Shown piece after piece: positions 55,951 through 64,000 of a stretch of 64,000 nucleotides of DNA (its first letter is position 1; the number at the start of each line of letters is the position of its first letter). Origin of the DNA: the human T2T-CHM13v2.0 reference genome, Homo sapiens. The position numbers and the translations under genes were made by a program. Location of the stretch: the NCBI RefSeq assembly GCF_009914755.1, contig NC_060935.1; one strand, given 5' to 3'. The notes beneath the pieces were generated by a model. The model was not told where the DNA came from and ran no database searches. It was given only the letters and a program-made list of their open reading frames with translations.

Positions 55951-58850
55951 GACTATGGGTAAAAGGTATTAGAGGGATAATAGATAAGTGTCTATATAAT
56001 CTTGAGATGAGAAAGATATCTCTGAAACATAACACCAAATAGAAATGATAGGAAAAATATACAATAAAACAATTTAAAATTTGGTTATGACAGAAAAATT
56101 CACTTGTATGAAACACATTTGAAATTCAATTAATGAACTGGGAAATAATAATCACAAAATATTTTAAAAGACAGTGTAGTAAGGCCTTTATGGTTTAAAA
56201 ATAACTTTAAAATTACCAGTGATTCATGCACCAAATGGTTCTATCTTTCTGGAAAAAAATTGGTTTATATTATCTCTCTCACTTTCTTTCTTACACACAC
56301 ACCCACCCCTATATGAGCCAGCTATAATGCCAAATGTTAAAAGTAATGAATGGTATAATTTTTATTTTCTTCTTTATAATTACCTGTATTTTCTCAATTT
56401 TCTACAACTCCTTTATTTATAATTAATTATTAAGATACATAAATCCTTAATATTTAGTAGAGGGTGGAGAGAATGAGAGAGAGACTTTCCTGAATTTTGC
56501 TTGCTAGCTCTGTGATGTTTAGCCAGTTATTTACCTCTCTATACCTCAGTTGCCTCATTTACAAATGAATCTGCTAATAGTTACTGCCTTGTAGGGTTGT
56601 TGCAAGTGTTGAATGACATGAAGGGCTTAAAACAGGAAGGATTTAATAAATGTTAGCAATGATCATTCCCATCACCACTTCTCTCTGCAAAAAAGGAAAA
56701 GGGAGAAATTAATGCCCAAGTGTCAAAGAATTCTTAATAAAATTACTTCCCAAATTAGACTGTCTCCAAGCCTACACTCAAGAATATGATTAATAAATGA
56801 TTGTATTTGTTTCTATCTTTTATTATTGTGTTATCTCACACTCAGCTGAATTGTAAATTCTTTTTAAGTTGCACCATCACCAAGTGCCCTTAAGATGACA
56901 ACAGTAACTACATACAGCACATGGACTAGTGGAGATGTTTTACTACTTAATGCTAAGCATCATGGTTACTGATACTAACACATTAATAAATGGTTCTTTC
57001 ACCCAGATTTAGACGTATAACTAAGAAGATCTTATGTTTATTTTGTTTTCATTGTGGTTTTATGAACTTGGAAATCTTTCTGTTTACTATTAGAATAAAG
57101 TGTTGTCAATAAAATTTCTCAGGTATTTTATCCAAGATGAGTTATATTTAATAAAAATACTTTGAAAATATAAGCTGTCATTGACAACATCCCCCAAACA
57201 CAAAGGTAATTGGACAGTTCAATGAAAAAAGTCAAACTGTTGATCAATTATTTGTAATTTGTAATTTGTAATTCCTCACATTTTTATTACATTCCAGTGA
57301 CACAGGCCATAATTAAATATATTCTATTTAATCCACCATTTCCAGAAAAGAGCAAAACCTTATAGATTGTTTTTCTTATTTATTATAAAATTTGTCCTGA
57401 AAATTTATCTTTTTAAAGTTTGGTAAACTAAAGAAAAAGGATAAATGCACTCATTCTTTTTCATTACATTTCTTGCATGTGTTCACCATCTCCCTAGAAA
57501 ATTTGCAGGAGAAAAAGTGACTAATGTAAATATTGGTTGGGGATTTTGCTACAAATATTAGTCGTAGGCAATCCAAATCTTTTCCAATTCTGATCTAATA
57601 AGAAGATGGTCAGTTTGTGGCATTGTGCAGAATACGAAATCGGGTAAAACCAGGAATGTTGTTGAATGAAGAGCACTGTAAATAAAAGAAGGTGAAAAGG
57701 AATACTTAGACCAACTAAGACCAACTACCCGTGTTTAGAGTGGGTATTTCTGATTTCTACATTATGTAGGCTACTGTCTCCAGACCTCCAAGTTCTCCAA
57801 AAACAACAATGGAGAGCCATTTGAAGTATTTCAAAAGGTCTAATGGAATTGTACATGAGTACTTTCTCATATCATCTTGCAGTGATGCAACTGGGCTCTT
57901 ACTACTCAGAAATTATTAATCAAAGCTGTGTATTTAAATAAAAATTAAATCAATAATATTTCAAAACAGAATTCATTTTTTAACAGGTGAAAAAAAACAG
58001 AAAGTAACAGAGGTCAAATCATATCCTTAAGAAATTGCAGAACTGGAATTCAACACCTATTTTTCATCCCAGAGTAATAACTTGAAATTTTATGTTGAGA
58101 TTATTATTTTCATTGAGGTCAGAAAATTTCTGTAAGGCGAAAGAGAACTCAAGGAAAAGCCCTAGGTGGGGGAAATGGAAGCAAAGAAGTGAGAAGAGTT
58201 GAATAATGGGAGAGACTGAGGACCATAAACCTTGTTTACTGAAAGAATCAGAGATAATTAGATAGCAGAGAAGCAACCATTCCATCTAAGTCTTGCCCTG
58301 TGAACTTGACCCAGATCCCTCAAAAAGACACAATTCTTGCCAAAGGTTAAAATTAATTATTTCTCGTACAAAGGAATTTTCCATGTGGGCCCCATTGCAC
58401 TCTAAGATGGATGATTTTGGCCACAAAACTTGCTGTTCACTCACAGCAAAAACGATGACCACAACTTCAGATCTTCTTAAACGTGCCGTTGAGAGCAGAG
58501 AATAAAGGGGAAAAGCCAATTCAAGGGAGAAAACATTCCAGGTACTTGCTCTCTGGTGTCATCATTGTCATGGAGCTTTTGTCCCTACAGATTTCATGCC
58601 CCACTTTGCCATGTCCCCACTGGATTCATTCCCTACTTCCCAATGGTCTATATGATGGTCTCGTGACTGTAGATTTTCTTTACTAACTTTGGAGTCATTT
58701 GAGCTGGAAAGGATATAGGAACCTAGGGATCTTATAGTCCAAACTATCCATTTCAGGTGGAGAACCTGAGGCCAGAGAAGCTAAGGGATTGTCCCAAGAT
58801 AGCACAGCTTGCTGGTAATACAGCTTGATAACAATAAGTTAAATTCATGT
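55951..58850 (-). repeat. Ancient inverted paralog of the OR5AN1 upstream region 37375-41263
   Basis: Colinear reverse-complement matches throughout, e.g. 37640 CCAGAGAGCAAGTACCTGG vs 58540; 39665 AGTAAACAGAAAGATTTCCAAGTT vs 57065-57090; 41250 TTTTACCCATAGT vs 55952. Confidence 0.9.
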
Positions 58851-58859
58851 ACATATTTG

Positions 58860-60500
58860 TATTTCTGTGGTATTACTTATAATATCTCCTTTTTCATTTG
58901 TGATTGTCTTTATTTGAGTCCTCTCTTGGTTATTCTCACTAATGGCTTATCAATTTTTGTTTATTATTTTAAAAACCAAATTTTTGTTTCATTTATCCTT
59001 TATATCATTTTTGGTCTCTATTTCATTTAGTTCTGCTGTAATCATTGTTATTTCTTTATTTCTGCTAATTTTGAATTTGGTTTGATCTCACTTTTCTAGT
59101 TCCTTATTTAGAATTGTTATTTTCTCTTGCTGAGTTGTTTCCTTTATCATTATATGATCATCTTCTTTATCCTTTTATTGTTTTTAATTTAAAGCCTGTT
59201 TTATCTAATTATAGCTAATTCTGCTTGCTCTTGGTTTCCATTTGTGTGAAATACCTTTTTCCACTGCTTTACTTTCAGTCTGTATGTGCCTTTACAGATA
59301 AGATGAGTTTGTTGTAGACAGCTTATGGTTAAGTCATGTTTTTTAACCCATCTTACCAATGTATACCTTTTAAAAGCAGTGTTTAATTCTTTTATGTTCA
59401 AGGTTAGTATTGATAGGTGAGGTTTTGTTCCTGTCATATTATTAATTGTTGTCTAGTTATTTTATACATTCTCTTTTCTCTGTTTTTCTCATTGTTCATT
59501 TTTGGTTTTGTGGAATTCTGTAGTGGTGTCATTGTGTTCCTTTCACTTCCCCTTTTGTATTATTGCATTAACAATGAGTTTTATGTTTGTGTGTTTTCAT
59601 GATGGTGAATACCATTCTTTCACTTTCAAGTTTAGGAATCCTTTGATCATTTCTTCTATTTCCAATCTAGTCGTGGCAAATTCTATCAGGATTTGCTTAT
59701 CTGGAAAAGAGTATTTCTCCTAAAGCTTAATTCTTGCTGTATACAGAATTCTTGGCTACTAGTTTGCTTTTTTTCTTTCAACATTTGGAATACGTCATTT
59801 CACTACCTTCTTACCAGCAAAGTTTCTGCTGATAAGTCTGCTGTTATTCTGAAGTAGTTTCCTTTGTAGATGACTAGATGTTTTTCTCTTGCCAATTTTA
59901 GAATTTGTTCATTCATATGATTTTAGATAGTCTAATAATATGCTATGGCAAACTCATTTAGGCATTGTAATTTTCTGGGGATCACTGAGCTTCTTTTATT
60001 CAGATGTCTGAATTTCTTGATACACTTGGGAGGTTTTTATACATTATTTCATTAATAAATTTCTTAACCTTTTTTCCTCAGGAATACCAATAATTTATTA
60101 TTTAGGTCATTTTAGATAGTCTTAAAAGTCTTGAAGGCTTTGTTTATTCTATTTTATTTTTATCTGACTGTATTATATTTTTAAAACCTATCTTCAAGTT
60201 CTGATTCTTCCTTGTGCTTAATCTAGTCTATTCTTGAAGGCTTCAAATGTATTTTGTAATTCTTGCAATAAAATTTTCAGTTCTAGAATTACTGTTTTTT
60301 TTAAGATATCTATCTCCTTGGTAAATTACTCATTCATATCTTAAAATGATTTTCTGATTTCTTTGTATTGATTTTCAGATTTCTCTTGAAGTTCATTGAG
60401 CTTCTTTAAAATCAATATTTTGAATTTTTATCTGGAAATTTTAGAATTTATTTGTGTTCAGCACTTATTGCTGGAGAATTATTGTGGTTTTTTGAGGGTG
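58860..60500 (-). mobile_element. Old L1M fragments (ORF2 start and ORF1)
   Basis: Endonuclease N-terminus peptide MTGTKPHLSILTLNIKELN at 59201-59437. Confidence 0.85.
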
Positions 60501-60502
60501 TG

Positions 60503-64000
<3,498 letters not shown>

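Overview
Primate (almost certainly human) genomic DNA from an olfactory-receptor cluster. It is recognisable as the chr11q12 OR5AN1 locus and consists mostly of transposon sequence. The only intact host gene is OR5AN1 (43309-44244, +), the muscone receptor, which here carries Phe289 in place of the usual NPLIY Leu. A close paralogous OR pseudogene (11461-12796, -, probably OR5BR1P) contains an out-of-frame ~398-bp internal tandem repeat bounded by GAAT microhomologies. The rest is L1 of many ages, Alu, THE1/MST LTRs, old ERVL-type remnants, MIR and microsatellites; no L1 has intact ORFs. The most interesting unexplained structures are: (1) an inverted orphan paralog of the OR5AN1 upstream region (55951-58850) whose coding exon is missing at the site of a chimeric, TSD-less L1; (2) the duplicated or fused OR pseudogene; (3) an Alu 5' junction containing scrambled target-site copies, a 348-bp templated insertion and a snap-back hairpin; (4) a cluster of Lhx2/Ebf-type motifs at 17.2-17.3 kb. 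I see no evidence for a new coding system. Repeat subfamily names and gene symbols come from recall of consensus sequences, not from a search.
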